DNA of 64,000 nt from an uncultured Gammaproteobacteria bacterium (lineage in GTDB: Bacteria > Patescibacteriota > Patescibacteriia > SBBC01 > CAIJZX01). The position numbers were made by a program, and so were the translations under genes. Numbering within the stretch: position 1 is the first letter of the stretch; the number at the start of each line of letters is the position of its first letter. The notes under the pieces are model-generated. The model made no database searches. It saw nothing but the letters and a program-made list of their open reading frames with translations, and had not been told where the DNA came from. Location: NCBI GenBank assembly GCA_964383765.1, contig CAYLHT010000003.1, forward strand, positions 6,328 to 70,327, given 5' to 3'. Positions 48,541-59,957 of this stretch are shown here, one piece after another.

Positions 48541-49656
48541 CTACTGTCGCTTTTCTTCGAAGCCGAATGTTAAGTTCGCGGTGAAAATCAACACCACGGC
48601 CCAAGCCAACATCCAGTACAAGTCACGGCTAATATTGGAGATGGTCGCTCCGTTGGCGACGACTTCACGCATGCTGTGCGCAAAATGCTGGAGCGGTAGA
48701 TAACTCACGATTTTCTGCAGCCAATCGGGCATGGCATTCGTCGGGAAGAACACACCGGACAGGAACAACATCGGGAAGACAATCAGGTTAGCAATGGCTG
48801 GGACCGCATCCACCGTCTTGGCCATGCCGGAAATGGTGAAACCAAGACCAAGAAACATCACCCCGCCCAGCAAGGAAATCAGGAAAATCAACCACCAGGC
48901 GCCGTAGACGTGCGAGTGGAACACCAAGATCCCGACTCCAAGGAGCGAAATTGTTTGGAACAACGCCATAATCAAGCGCGTGATGACGTTGGCCGTCACG
49001 AACTGGTAGGGCTTCATCGGCGTGGCGATTAAGCGCTTCAAAATTCCGCGTTCTTTGTAGTCGGTGAACACGAATCCGACCGAGAACACGGCCATTTGCA
49101 TGATCGACATAGCCACGATACCGGGTAATAGGAAGTCAATGTATTTGGCGCGCTTGGCACTGACATCCTGAACGTCGAGCTTGAAAAGATTCGGTGCCTT
49201 GGCAACCTGCAGCGTGGTCTTGTCGAGAATCTGCGTCATGATTGAAATGGCCGTGCCGGCCAGTTGTTCCTGGCTGACGTTTTTCAGTACCGTGATGGTC
49301 TGCGGGGTAACTGTTTTCGCGCCTGACACCGGGAACAAATGATCTGGGACGAGCAATACAACGACGCGATCACCTTTGTTCAACGCCACTTTCTCATCGT
49401 TCACGTTTCCACGCGTCGTCTTGAAGGCATCAAATTTTCCCAACGTTTGAATGAAGGCTTCGGTTGGTTGATCGGGGTGATTCGCGACAATGCCAACATT
49501 AATTTTCGGTACTTTATCGAATCCGATCAAGCCGAAGATGCCGATAAAGATGAACGGCATGATCAAGGTGAAAAACAACGCTTGCCGGTTTCGGAAGAAC
49601 ATCTTGAGCGTTGACTGGGTTAAGGTGGCAGTGGTGTTTACAGACATATCATTCAC
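48541..49656 (-). CDS. ABC-2 type permease
   Basis: [19 protein letters not shown] and FLSGVFFP. Confidence 0.9.
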   Translation of the reverse strand: MNDMSVNTTATLTQSTLKMFFRNRQALFFTLIMPFIFIGIFGLIGFDKVPKINVGIVANHPDQPTEAFIQTLGKFDAFKTTRGNVNDEKVALNKGDRVVVLLVPDHLFPVSGAKTVTPQTITVLKNVSQEQLAGTAISIMTQILDKTTLQVAKAPNLFKLDVQDVSAKRAKYIDFLLPGIVAMSIMQMAVFSVGFVFTDYKERGILKRLIATPMKPYQFVTANVITRLIMALFQTISLLGVGILVFHSHVYGAWWLIFLISLLGGVMFLGLGFTISGMAKTVDAVPAIANLIVFPMLFLSGVFFPTNAMPDWLQKIVSYLPLQHFAHSMREVVANGATISNISRDLYWMLAWAVVLIFTANLTFGFEEKRQ

Positions 49657-50566
49657 GTAAGCTACGGCCTGTCAGTTTCAAAAACACGTCTTCCAGTGTC
49701 GCTTGGTGCATTTGAACGTTGGTCAAATGCCAGTTGCGATCTTTGGCCAGCGTAAAGAGTGCGGGTAGGGTTTTTTCTGGCGCGGTGGTGACGATCCGAG
49801 CTGCATGGTCCTCGCCCTTGACGTCAGTCACGGCTGGCAAAGTTTTCAGGGCAGCAGCATCGGCTGGTTGATCTAGGTGGACTTCGACCGTCGTAGCGAC
49901 GTCAGCCAGCTTCAACAATTCGGCCGGCGTGCCAAAGGCAATAATCTTGGCATGATCCATGATCGCGATCCGGTCGCAGAGGACTTCCGCTTCTTCCATG
50001 TAATGGGTCGTCAGAATAATGGTCACGCCACGGGCTTTGATGGTATTAATGAGATCCCACAAATTCCGACGGGCTTGTGGATCCAAACCAGTTGTCGGTT
50101 CGTCGAGAAACACCGCTTTCGGTTTGTTCACGAGCGCCACGGCAATCGACAGGCGTTGTTTCTGACCGCCGGACAGCTCTTTGACTTTACTCTTCCATTT
50201 ATCTTCAAGTTGAACTTCACGCAGCAGCTCCATTGCGTCAACCTCCTGGCCGTATAATGCGCCAAAGGTAATCAACAACTCTTTCAAATTCAGTCCATCA
50301 AAAAACGCCGAGGATTGTAATTGCACCCCGATGATTGATTTGACCTCGCGTGGGTGCTCGGCCACGTTTTTACCATCGAGCGTGACCGTCCCGCTGGTAA
50401 TCCCCTTCAACCCTTCCACCATTTCTAAGGTGGTCGTTTTGCCCGCACCGTTCGGGCCGAGAATCCCAAAGGTTTCACCGGGGCGAACCCCAAACGAAAT
50501 TCCGTCCACGGCGGTAAAGTCGCCGTAAGTTTTCTTGAGATTTGTGGCAGTGATGAAATCAGCCAT
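49649..50566 (-). CDS. ABC transporter ATP-binding protein
   Basis: GPNGAGKTT, LSGGQ and DEPTTGLD. Confidence 0.93.
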   Translation of the reverse strand: MADFITATNLKKTYGDFTAVDGISFGVRPGETFGILGPNGAGKTTTLEMVEGLKGITSGTVTLDGKNVAEHPREVKSIIGVQLQSSAFFDGLNLKELLITFGALYGQEVDAMELLREVQLEDKWKSKVKELSGGQKQRLSIAVALVNKPKAVFLDEPTTGLDPQARRNLWDLINTIKARGVTIILTTHYMEEAEVLCDRIAIMDHAKIIAFGTPAELLKLADVATTVEVHLDQPADAAALKTLPAVTDVKGEDHAARIVTTAPEKTLPALFTLAKDRNWHLTNVQMHQATLEDVFLKLTGRSLRE

Positions 50567-50568
50567 GG

Positions 50569-50808
50569 CTATGATTTCTTCAGAATCTGGCGCAAGCCTT
50601 CCAATTTCTTGCTCAAATGGTCAGCAAATTGTTCCAGCTGCTCGGTTTTCGTAAAAGCCAGTAAGTTATGCCCCATGCCGAAGACCAGCAACTTATCGCC
50701 GGATTTCAAATTCAACGCTTTACGGGCTTCAGCCGGCACGACGACTTGGCCCTTTTCACCAATGGTGGTCGTTCCGTAGAAATGTTTGTGGCTGTGGGGG
50801 TGTGACAT
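50569..50808 (-). CDS. AbrB/MazE/SpoVT family regulator
   Basis: IGEKGQVVVPAEARKALNLKSGDKL. Confidence 0.9.
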   Translation of the reverse strand: MSHPHSHKHFYGTTTIGEKGQVVVPAEARKALNLKSGDKLLVFGMGHNLLAFTKTEQLEQFADHLSKKLEGLRQILKKS

Positions 50809-50821
50809 GTGTGTGGATAAC

Positions 50822-50855
50822 TTCCTACAAGTAGGAAATGTAGGAAACCAGTATA
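50822..50855 (-). promoter_or_regulatory. -10 box and palindromic operator of the AbrB-ABC-MFS operon
   Basis: TTCCTAC-AA-GTAGGAA palindrome plus an extra GTAGGAA half-site, just downstream of TATACT. Confidence 0.55.
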
Positions 50856-50881
50856 TCGGGACGGAACTAGGCCGTCAAGAC

Positions 50882-51082
50882 TTACTGGAGGTATTGCTGG
50901 ATGTTGAGCGATTTGATGTAGGTCGGGATGACAAACGCCAGTCCTATCAGCGGCAGAATAAACAAAATCAAACCGGCGATCATCGTCCAGAGCGTAATCT
51001 TGCGCATCTGCTCAACCGAGCGGTAAATTCGATCGAGCTTCGCGTCGAGTGCATTCAAGCGTTGTTCAATGTCGTCTGGCAT
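50882..51082 (-). CDS. Small membrane protein
   Basis: Coiled N-terminus and TM ILPLIGL..VIP. Confidence 0.7.
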   Translation of the reverse strand: MPDDIEQRLNALDAKLDRIYRSVEQMRKITLWTMIAGLILFILPLIGLAFVIPTYIKSLNIQQYLQ

Positions 51083-51132
51083 GAATTCAGTCTACGCCAA
51101 TATCCCCCACCTGACTATCTTGGCAGGTACAC

Positions 51133-51495
51133 TCAGAACCGCCAGGCCACTCCGTGGTGGTTGGCGCAGCCAGCGGTAATCGCCGACGAGTAGACGTAAT
51201 GACCGTCAGCACACACCGCGGTCGCTCCGGAGGGTTTCACGCCGCGGCGCGAGGTTCCAACTGACATAATGTTGTACACCGGTTTGTAGCTCAACACGCC
51301 CTTGGGTGTCCCCCGACTCAAATACACATATTTGTAGCGGTACACGTAATGACAGCGGTGTGTCACCGAGCTACACACTCGCACCCGGTACTTGACCCGG
51401 TAGGTCGTTGCGTTCGCCGCCTGGGGCAGACTGATGCTCACCAGTGCCAGCAATCCTCCCCAGATGGCGATGTGTCGCACAATAAAGCGTGACAT
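51133..51495 (-). CDS. Secreted protein with DUF3761-like C-terminus
   Basis: Signal peptide; GATAVCADG....S.....CANHHGVAW. Confidence 0.6.
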   Translation of the reverse strand: MSRFIVRHIAIWGGLLALVSISLPQAANATTYRVKYRVRVCSSVTHRCHYVYRYKYVYLSRGTPKGVLSYKPVYNIMSVGTSRRGVKPSGATAVCADGHYVYSSAITAGCANHHGVAWRF

Positions 51496-51584
51496 AGGCA
51501 GGAGGTGCAGTATACCGACCTCATCCAAACTCGCAACCCCCGGGCTTTCCCCAGGGCTGTTTATGGCCTAAAATCAAGTGCGAA

Positions 51585-52112
51585 CTACAAAATCCGGGCA
51601 AGAGCATCTTTATCAACCCACACATATGGCTCGTGCCCAAACCTTTCATTGAGGTCAGTTTTTTGGTAGTTGTGAATCATGTAATCAATGACTCTGCTAG
51701 CATCAAGAGAATCGTCGATGTACCACCGGAAAAATCCACGTTGCCATACATTCCCAGCCGGAAGCGTGCGAGAGAATGTTCCTTTGATTGATCGCATCAA
51801 CTCCCACACCGCGGGTGGACTAGAAAGTCCACCCTCTCCCATAAAAATATTCCTCTCCTTGTTAGAGCGCGGACTTTCTAGTCCGCGCTCAGATACAGAT
51901 GTTGTTACCAGAAGATGAACATGATCTGGCAATATGGCAAAGACCAACGGCGTAAACCCTTTTTGTAGAGATGCCATTCGAATCATAATGTTCAATCGCT
52001 CCGCTAACTTCGGATTGCCAAAAATCGGCCGACGGTTTTTCGTGACGGTAGTGATGAAATACAAATATGGAAAATCGGGGTCGGGCTGGATCATGGATGA
52101 ATGGCCGGCCAA
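51585..52112 (-). mobile_element. REP-associated tyrosine transposase (RAYT, IS200/IS605 HUH family)
   Basis: YFITTVT..R.PIF, ILPDHVHLL (HUH), WQRGF and YM.HN. Confidence 0.85.
51813..51890. repeat. REP doublet inside the RAYT ORF
   Basis: gggtggactagaaagtccaccc and gagcgcggactttctagtccgcgctc. Confidence 0.8.
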
Positions 52113-52165
52113 ACCACCTAACGCGGACAGTATATCGGATATTTCTTGGTTGTCAATCCTGTGCC

Positions 52166-52243
52166 GAGGGCAGACTGGAAAGTCTGCCCTCTACCTCGTG
52201 GTGTTCCCTCTTCGATAGAGACCGGACTTTCTAGTCCGGTCTC
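52166..52243. repeat. REP doublet upstream of RAYT
   Basis: gagggcagactggaaagtctgccctc-tac (GTAG on the minus strand) and atag-agaccggactttctagtccggtctc. Confidence 0.8.
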
Positions 52244-52270
52244 GGCCGCTAGGCCTGTGGAGCGGTCGGG

Positions 52271-54403
<2,133 letters not shown>

Positions 54404-54509
54404 CTAACAGATTCTGACTTGACAAAATGTCATGTTTTTGCTACTTTGCGACCGCTCGAATCGAAGAAAGCCCTCGACGAGCTCACCCCTAACACGAAGG
54501 GAGCGTCCG

Positions 54510-54725
54510 ATGACTCGGACACCGCAACGCAAGCAGCGTGGCGCTCCCAAGGATGGAAAGCGCAACGTCGCCGCGAAGGTTCGCAGCGAGATGGAACGTC
54601 TCCATCCGGATAGTCCAACCGGTTCAGGTCTCGCCGACCCGGCTCTCGCTAGGCTGCGACGGGTGCGGATTCGGGAGACGTTGAAACATTGGAACCGGCG
54701 GTCCCAGTGTGGACCGACCGAATGA
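54510..54725 (+). CDS. Small basic ORFan
   Basis: TTGACA(54419)-17-TACTTT promoter and SD GAAGGGAG; the 3' end overlaps the convergent gene. Confidence 0.45.
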   Translation: MTRTPQRKQRGAPKDGKRNVAAKVRSEMERLHPDSPTGSGLADPALARLRRVRIRETLKHWNRRSQCGPTE

Positions 54726-56013
54726 ACCGGTCGTCCGTCAGTCGGTAGACATGCCTGGTTCGTTCATCTTTGGCCTCCTCACGCGACGCGTCGAGGAGGT
54801 CTTTTCTTTGTTCCAGGAGTCTTTCAAAGTGTCCAATCACGGCCACATACGACGCCAGAGCGGTTGACTGAGCGCTTTGCCGAGTCAGGACTTCTTGTTG
54901 ATACCGTAACTGAGCCAAAAGTTCTTCGACCAACACATATTGAAAGATTGGACCGTCGTGCCGTTCGGCTTGAGCCAGGGCGTAGAATTTTTTCATTTCT
55001 TGACGAACTGGGGTGGTGGTCGAGATGTCCTCGAAATTATGAGCGCGCATCAATCGCGTCGCTCGCAATCGGTCAATGGTCAACACGACGGGAATAAATT
55101 CCGTCCCAGACTGGAGTTTGCGGGTGCCGTAGCCTAATCGTCGAACCGGTTCATCAAAATTACGACGCAGTTTTTTGGCTTGCTCTTCTTCACGATTCGT
55201 GATGGTAAAGTCAATGCCAATTGTCACTCTTTCGGCTTGGCCCGAGGCAGTTGGTACAGAAAACTGCGCAATCATATCAACGCCCTGAGCATAGTCATCG
55301 TACTTGGTGACCGGTTCGATCGTGATATCTTCTGAACCAAACGTGTTCATCCGTTGGAGGGCGGTGGCAAAACTCACCTCTAAGTGATCGGTCAAATTTC
55401 TGAACTCGCGAGCTGACGGCGACATGGCGGCGATTCTGGCGTCGATCTTGTTCACTAGGGCCTGATCCGGTGGAGCATAGTCAACTGGAACTCCGTCTGG
55501 ACCAACGGGAGTACGTCCGCGCGTCCAGGTCGCATATCTCTGTTCACCCACCACATCAGACTCTGCCAGCGCTTGCGTAATTTCACGAAGTTCAACTGAC
55601 CCACCAGCCAACCCTAATTCAGCTTGATCATCTTCGTCCATTAAGGCATGCGCCGAGGAGAAGCGACGTTCGACATCCGCCTGCTGAGCAGCATCAATGC
55701 GGGCCCGAGAACGACCGGTCTGGGCTTGAGACTTGAGATATTTAACTAGCACCTCGCGATAACCTTCAGGCTTTTTCAGCTTTCGTTTGACCAAGGTTGG
55801 GAGGGTCTCCTGAAATTCAGCAAAACTCTTGACCTTGATACCCTCGCGATTTAGGGCTGCGGTGAGTTGATGCTCAAAGATTTCCAAGTCATCAATAGCC
55901 ATCTCATCGAAGTCTTTGGATGGACGACGTAAAAGTTCCCCTAAATTAGGTTGAGCCTCCTCACTAGCCATCTCACCTGAAGGCATGTCCAGAAGTTCTG
56001 GGTTCATAACCAC
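54649..56013 (-). CDS. Hypothetical protein
   Basis: 454-aa ORF abutting the pheT stop; acidic motif YDDYAQGVD...IGIDFT. Confidence 0.7.
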   Translation of the reverse strand: MVMNPELLDMPSGEMASEEAQPNLGELLRRPSKDFDEMAIDDLEIFEHQLTAALNREGIKVKSFAEFQETLPTLVKRKLKKPEGYREVLVKYLKSQAQTGRSRARIDAAQQADVERRFSSAHALMDEDDQAELGLAGGSVELREITQALAESDVVGEQRYATWTRGRTPVGPDGVPVDYAPPDQALVNKIDARIAAMSPSAREFRNLTDHLEVSFATALQRMNTFGSEDITIEPVTKYDDYAQGVDMIAQFSVPTASGQAERVTIGIDFTITNREEEQAKKLRRNFDEPVRRLGYGTRKLQSGTEFIPVVLTIDRLRATRLMRAHNFEDISTTTPVRQEMKKFYALAQAERHDGPIFQYVLVEELLAQLRYQQEVLTRQSAQSTALASYVAVIGHFERLLEQRKDLLDASREEAKDERTRHVYRLTDDRFIRSVHTGTAGSNVSTSPESAPVAA

Positions 56014-58290
56014 CTAACGAATTTCCGCTCCCTGGTTCATGAGCGCATCCTTGATCTTTTGTTCGAGTTTGTCAACCTCAGCCTTGATCAGGGTGCGATC
56101 GGGGGCCTGATACACAAAGTTTACTCGGTAACTCGTGCGGCCGTCTTTCGTGAAGCGGTCAACAATCTCAAATGTGTCTAATGCTCCAATACCCAACTGC
56201 TTAATCGTGGTTGTAATGTGACCTTCATCATGGGCCCACCAAAAAGCAATGTCGCGTTTCACCGTTGGGTACTTTGATTGCTCACGATAACGAACACCAG
56301 CCGATACAAATTTTTTCGGATCCCATTCCGACATCTCGGCTTGAGCATCAGCCATCAAGGCCGCAATGTCGAACTCACATACCTCAATAGTTCGGCCGCG
56401 AGTTTTTTCTGCAAAATTTGCTTCGAATGGTTTGATAGTAAATTTCAATCGACTCTGGAACTCCTCGATTAGATTCGGTAATTGAGGTTCCGAGTGTTTA
56501 TGCGTTAGACCGATCGCAAGTTTCCATGGCTGTTGCTGGTTAACCGCGCCGGGTAACGTCGGATCGAACACGCGGCCGATTTCAAAAATTTTTGCGTCCT
56601 GGCCGGCATCGGCTTGTCGCGCCAGGACAGCAGCGATCTGCACGTAGACACCTTTGCGTAATTCGTGTTGCGTTTCGTCCAACGGATTCGCCACGTGAAA
56701 GTGCTGACCCTCTTCTTGATGTTCTGCCAGAAATGCATGCGAAATAATTTCCGTGAACCCCATCTCAACCAGAAGATTGCGAAGCTCAAGTTGAAAACGG
56801 ATTTCTTTGGGAACTTCTGTGTGTGATTCAATCGCGGGCATAGACTTCGGAAGATCTTCATATCCAATCATCCGGCCAACTTCGTCCACAATATCTTCGG
56901 GTAATGACACATCCAACCGCCATTCTGGGACTTTCACATTCCATGTCTTGGTACCGGTCATGGCAAAACCTAAGTTCGATAAAATCTTTTTGGCTTTAGC
57001 AGCTGGAACAGTTGTCCCAAGACGTTCGGAAATGTACTGGGGATCAATCACAACGGTTTTGGATTCATGTTTTGTCGATCCAGCTACAGCCGCTCCTTCC
57101 TCAAGGGTCCCGCCGCAAATTTCTGCAATTATGGCCGCGGCAGCCGCACTTGCCTGTAATGGTAAACTCGGCCACAAACCTTTTTCAAAACGTTTTGAGG
57201 CCTCAGACACCAATCCAAGTTGACGCGACGTTCGGCGAATAGAAACAGGGTTGAAGATCGCAGCTTCAAGGTAAATGTCGGTCGTGGTATCGGAAACTTC
57301 GGTGTTTTCGCCGCCCATCACCCCGGCAATCCCGACTGGCCCCTTCCCGTCGGCAATGACAATCATTTCAGCACTGAGTTTCCTGGTTTGACCATCGAGC
57401 GTTTTCAGCGTTTCACCAGTTTTCGCCGCCCGGGCAACTAAGCTGTGGCCGGAAATTTTCCTTGCATCGTAGGCATGCAGCGGCTGGCCGTATTCCAACA
57501 TCACATAATTGGCAACATCAACCACGATGTTGATCGACCGCATTCCGGCTGCTTGCAAGCGTTGGACCATCCATAGCGGCGTGGGTTTCATGGTCACTCC
57601 ACGAATTGTTCGCACGACAAAGAGTGAACAGAGTTTCTGATCATCAGTTCGAACACTGACCGATGTCAGATCTTCTTTTGGCTGCCCCCTCCTCTCCGAG
57701 GAGGGGTGTAGGGGTGGTGGAAGTTTTGGTTGCTGACTGAGGATTGCTCCAATCTCCCAGGCCAATCCCCTCACCCCCATCAAATCCGCCCGGTTGGCTG
57801 GAGTCGTCATATCGAAAACACTGTCATCAAAACCCGTGGCCTGTGCAAACGGCGTGCCAACCTTCAACTTGGGATCGAGCACCATAACCCCGCTGTGATC
57901 CATGCCCAACCCAAGTTCATCCGCCGCGCAAATCATCCCGTTCGATTCCACACCGCGAATGGCGCGCTTCTCAATCGTCAATCCATTAGGCAATTTCGTG
58001 CCAATCAGTGCCACCGCCACTTTCTGCCCGACTTCAATATTCGGCGCGCCGCACACAATTTCCAGTGGTTTGCCTTTAGGTGAAACCATGACATCGGCTA
58101 GCCGAAGTTTATCCGCATTGGGATGAGGTTTGATCGAAATAATTTCACCAACTACAACGTTGTCGAATTGAGCATCATACTCAATCACATCTTCAACATC
58201 GAGTCCGTGCATCAACAAGTGTTCCACTAGTTTCGGGACCGGTGGTAATTTGGGCAAGTAAGTTTTTAGCCAGGCGTAGGAAAGCTTCAT
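56014..58290 (-). CDS. pheT: Phenylalanine--tRNA ligase beta subunit
   Basis: HPNADKL, VCGAPN, NRADL, EAS.RFEKG and FDX-ACB domain (RDIAF, DRTL). Confidence 0.95.
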   Translation of the reverse strand: MKLSYAWLKTYLPKLPPVPKLVEHLLMHGLDVEDVIEYDAQFDNVVVGEIISIKPHPNADKLRLADVMVSPKGKPLEIVCGAPNIEVGQKVAVALIGTKLPNGLTIEKRAIRGVESNGMICAADELGLGMDHSGVMVLDPKLKVGTPFAQATGFDDSVFDMTTPANRADLMGVRGLAWEIGAILSQQPKLPPPLHPSSERRGQPKEDLTSVSVRTDDQKLCSLFVVRTIRGVTMKPTPLWMVQRLQAAGMRSINIVVDVANYVMLEYGQPLHAYDARKISGHSLVARAAKTGETLKTLDGQTRKLSAEMIVIADGKGPVGIAGVMGGENTEVSDTTTDIYLEAAIFNPVSIRRTSRQLGLVSEASKRFEKGLWPSLPLQASAAAAAIIAEICGGTLEEGAAVAGSTKHESKTVVIDPQYISERLGTTVPAAKAKKILSNLGFAMTGTKTWNVKVPEWRLDVSLPEDIVDEVGRMIGYEDLPKSMPAIESHTEVPKEIRFQLELRNLLVEMGFTEIISHAFLAEHQEEGQHFHVANPLDETQHELRKGVYVQIAAVLARQADAGQDAKIFEIGRVFDPTLPGAVNQQQPWKLAIGLTHKHSEPQLPNLIEEFQSRLKFTIKPFEANFAEKTRGRTIEVCEFDIAALMADAQAEMSEWDPKKFVSAGVRYREQSKYPTVKRDIAFWWAHDEGHITTTIKQLGIGALDTFEIVDRFTKDGRTSYRVNFVYQAPDRTLIKAEVDKLEQKIKDALMNQGAEIR
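57686..57718. repeat. In-frame palindromic element in pheT
   Basis: cccctcctc-tcc-gaggagggg-tgta-ggggtggt. Confidence 0.65.
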
Positions 58291-58736
58291 ACTGCCTCAC
58301 CCTCCGGTTCTGGACCGCGGTGTGGTTTCAAACTTGTCATCACGAGATCGAGGAGTTCGTTACCAGCGTCCACATCGGCCTGGGTCATGTCTTGCTTACG
58401 ACTATGTTCTTCGCTGGTGGTGTGAAACAGCCGGTTTGAACGGGTCTGCAAGGCAGCCTGCTGTTGAGGATCTTCAACAAAACGTTCTCGAACTTGGTCC
58501 GCCAGATTCACCACATCCGTAAACCAGACCGTCCGACGTTTATTCAACAATTTTTCGTCTAGGGTTTTACGTTCCTCTTCGGGCAAGTCATCGTACGAAC
58601 CACCGGACGGTAGATGGGAGTCCGGTTGATCCGTCCAGTAGTCTTTTAGGACTTGCGCCAGATCGTACAATTGATCAGCCGAAGCTTTTTCGCCAGCGGT
58701 CTCAATCGATTGCGCGACTTCTTCGTACCGATTCAT
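58287..58736 (-). CDS. ORFan inserted between pheS and pheT
   Basis: 149 aa, acidic/helical; 1 nt after the pheS stop and ATGA overlap with pheT. Confidence 0.7.
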   Translation of the reverse strand: MNRYEEVAQSIETAGEKASADQLYDLAQVLKDYWTDQPDSHLPSGGSYDDLPEEERKTLDEKLLNKRRTVWFTDVVNLADQVRERFVEDPQQQAALQTRSNRLFHTTSEEHSRKQDMTQADVDAGNELLDLVMTSLKPHRGPEPEGEAV

Positions 58737-58737
58737 A

Positions 58738-59439
58738 CTAAAACTGTTTCAAGAAATCGAGCTTGCCGCTGTAAAACAGTCTGACGTCGGGCACGCCGTA
58801 CTCAAGTAACGCTAATCGATCAAGACCCATCCCAAAGGCAAAACCTTGCCAGTCCTTTGGATCAAGTCCCATGTTGGTGATCACGGTCGGATGGACGAGG
58901 CCAGCCCCGAGAATTTCGAGCCACTGCTTTTTGCCATTGCGTTCCCATTCCACATCCAGCTCAATCCCTGGTTCCACGAATGGAAAAAAGCTTGGTCGGA
59001 CCCGTGATTTTTTTTCGGGATAGAGTTTGTGAATGAATGCATTCAACGTCGTCACTAAATTCGCCATGGAGACGTTCTGATCAACTAAAACTCCGTCACA
59101 TTGATGGAACATCGACTCATGCGTGGCGTCGGTCGCTTCATGCCGATAGACTTTACCAATTTCAACCACCTTGAATGGCGGTTTCGCGCCGTGGGTTTTC
59201 GGCCAGCGGAGTTGGACGTTTGAGGAATGCGTTCGCAAGACCAAGTCTGGACGATCTTTGATAAAAAAGGTGTCCTGAACATCGCGGGCTGGATGATCTT
59301 TAGGAACATTCAAGCCATCGAAGTTGAACCACTGCGTTTCAAGTTCAGGATTTTGGGCGATGTCATAGCCAAAACTCCGCCAGATCTCGAGCACCCGGCG
59401 GCTGAATTGGGTCAAGGGGTGAAGGTGGCCGCGGTCCAT
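58738..59439 (-). CDS. pheS: Phenylalanine--tRNA ligase alpha subunit (no N-terminal coiled coil)
   Basis: GHLHP, NFDGLN.P.DHPARD, FPFVEP and GFAFGMG.DR. Confidence 0.95.
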   Translation of the reverse strand: MDRGHLHPLTQFSRRVLEIWRSFGYDIAQNPELETQWFNFDGLNVPKDHPARDVQDTFFIKDRPDLVLRTHSSNVQLRWPKTHGAKPPFKVVEIGKVYRHEATDATHESMFHQCDGVLVDQNVSMANLVTTLNAFIHKLYPEKKSRVRPSFFPFVEPGIELDVEWERNGKKQWLEILGAGLVHPTVITNMGLDPKDWQGFAFGMGLDRLALLEYGVPDVRLFYSGKLDFLKQF

Positions 59440-59442
59440 AGT

Positions 59443-59850
59443 TTACGAAAGCGCGTGATCGGTTCGTTTGGGTTGGTTCGATTGTCCGGCCAAGAAAAAC
59501 ACTTCGATCACGATCACCAGCAGGCTTAAACTAATTCCTGACCAAATATTCAACCAGCGCGCTCCCTGCAACATCAACCCGATGATGGCACCGCTGCTGA
59601 TCAAAGTGGCTTGCCGCAAAGCTGTGCCAACTTGTCGGAACAAGACCTGTTCTTTTTCCAGCCACATGCGCAAGAAAAACCCAATCAGTGTGATGGTACC
59701 CAGCAAACTCAGCCACAAGCTCAAGTAAAACAAAGCCAGTGCCCCAGCCCCTCCTGTTTGGGGGTCAAGCGTCATCAGCACTATGGTCCACGTTCCCCAC
59801 GACAACAAAGTCCCAACAGACAGGAAGATAATAAACCTTATCAGCGACAT
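59443..59850 (-). CDS. 4-TM membrane protein
   Basis: DP motif, LFYLSL and RQA..; start taken at MSLIRF. Confidence 0.7.
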   Translation of the reverse strand: MSLIRFIIFLSVGTLLSWGTWTIVLMTLDPQTGGAGALALFYLSLWLSLLGTITLIGFFLRMWLEKEQVLFRQVGTALRQATLISSGAIIGLMLQGARWLNIWSGISLSLLVIVIEVFFLAGQSNQPKRTDHALS

Positions 59851-59957
59851 AGCTGGGCATGAGTATACTGATTTCTTGGCGATTTGACAACTTTTCATCT
59901 CAGGAGTAGACCGGGAGAAGAGTCCTTTCATAACCGATTCGAATCATCAGAGAGGGG

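Noticed and set aside
58738-59439. Short pheS (and short tsf at 21145-21726) as pseudogenes
   Set aside because: Catalytic motifs are intact, and short forms are common in this lineage.
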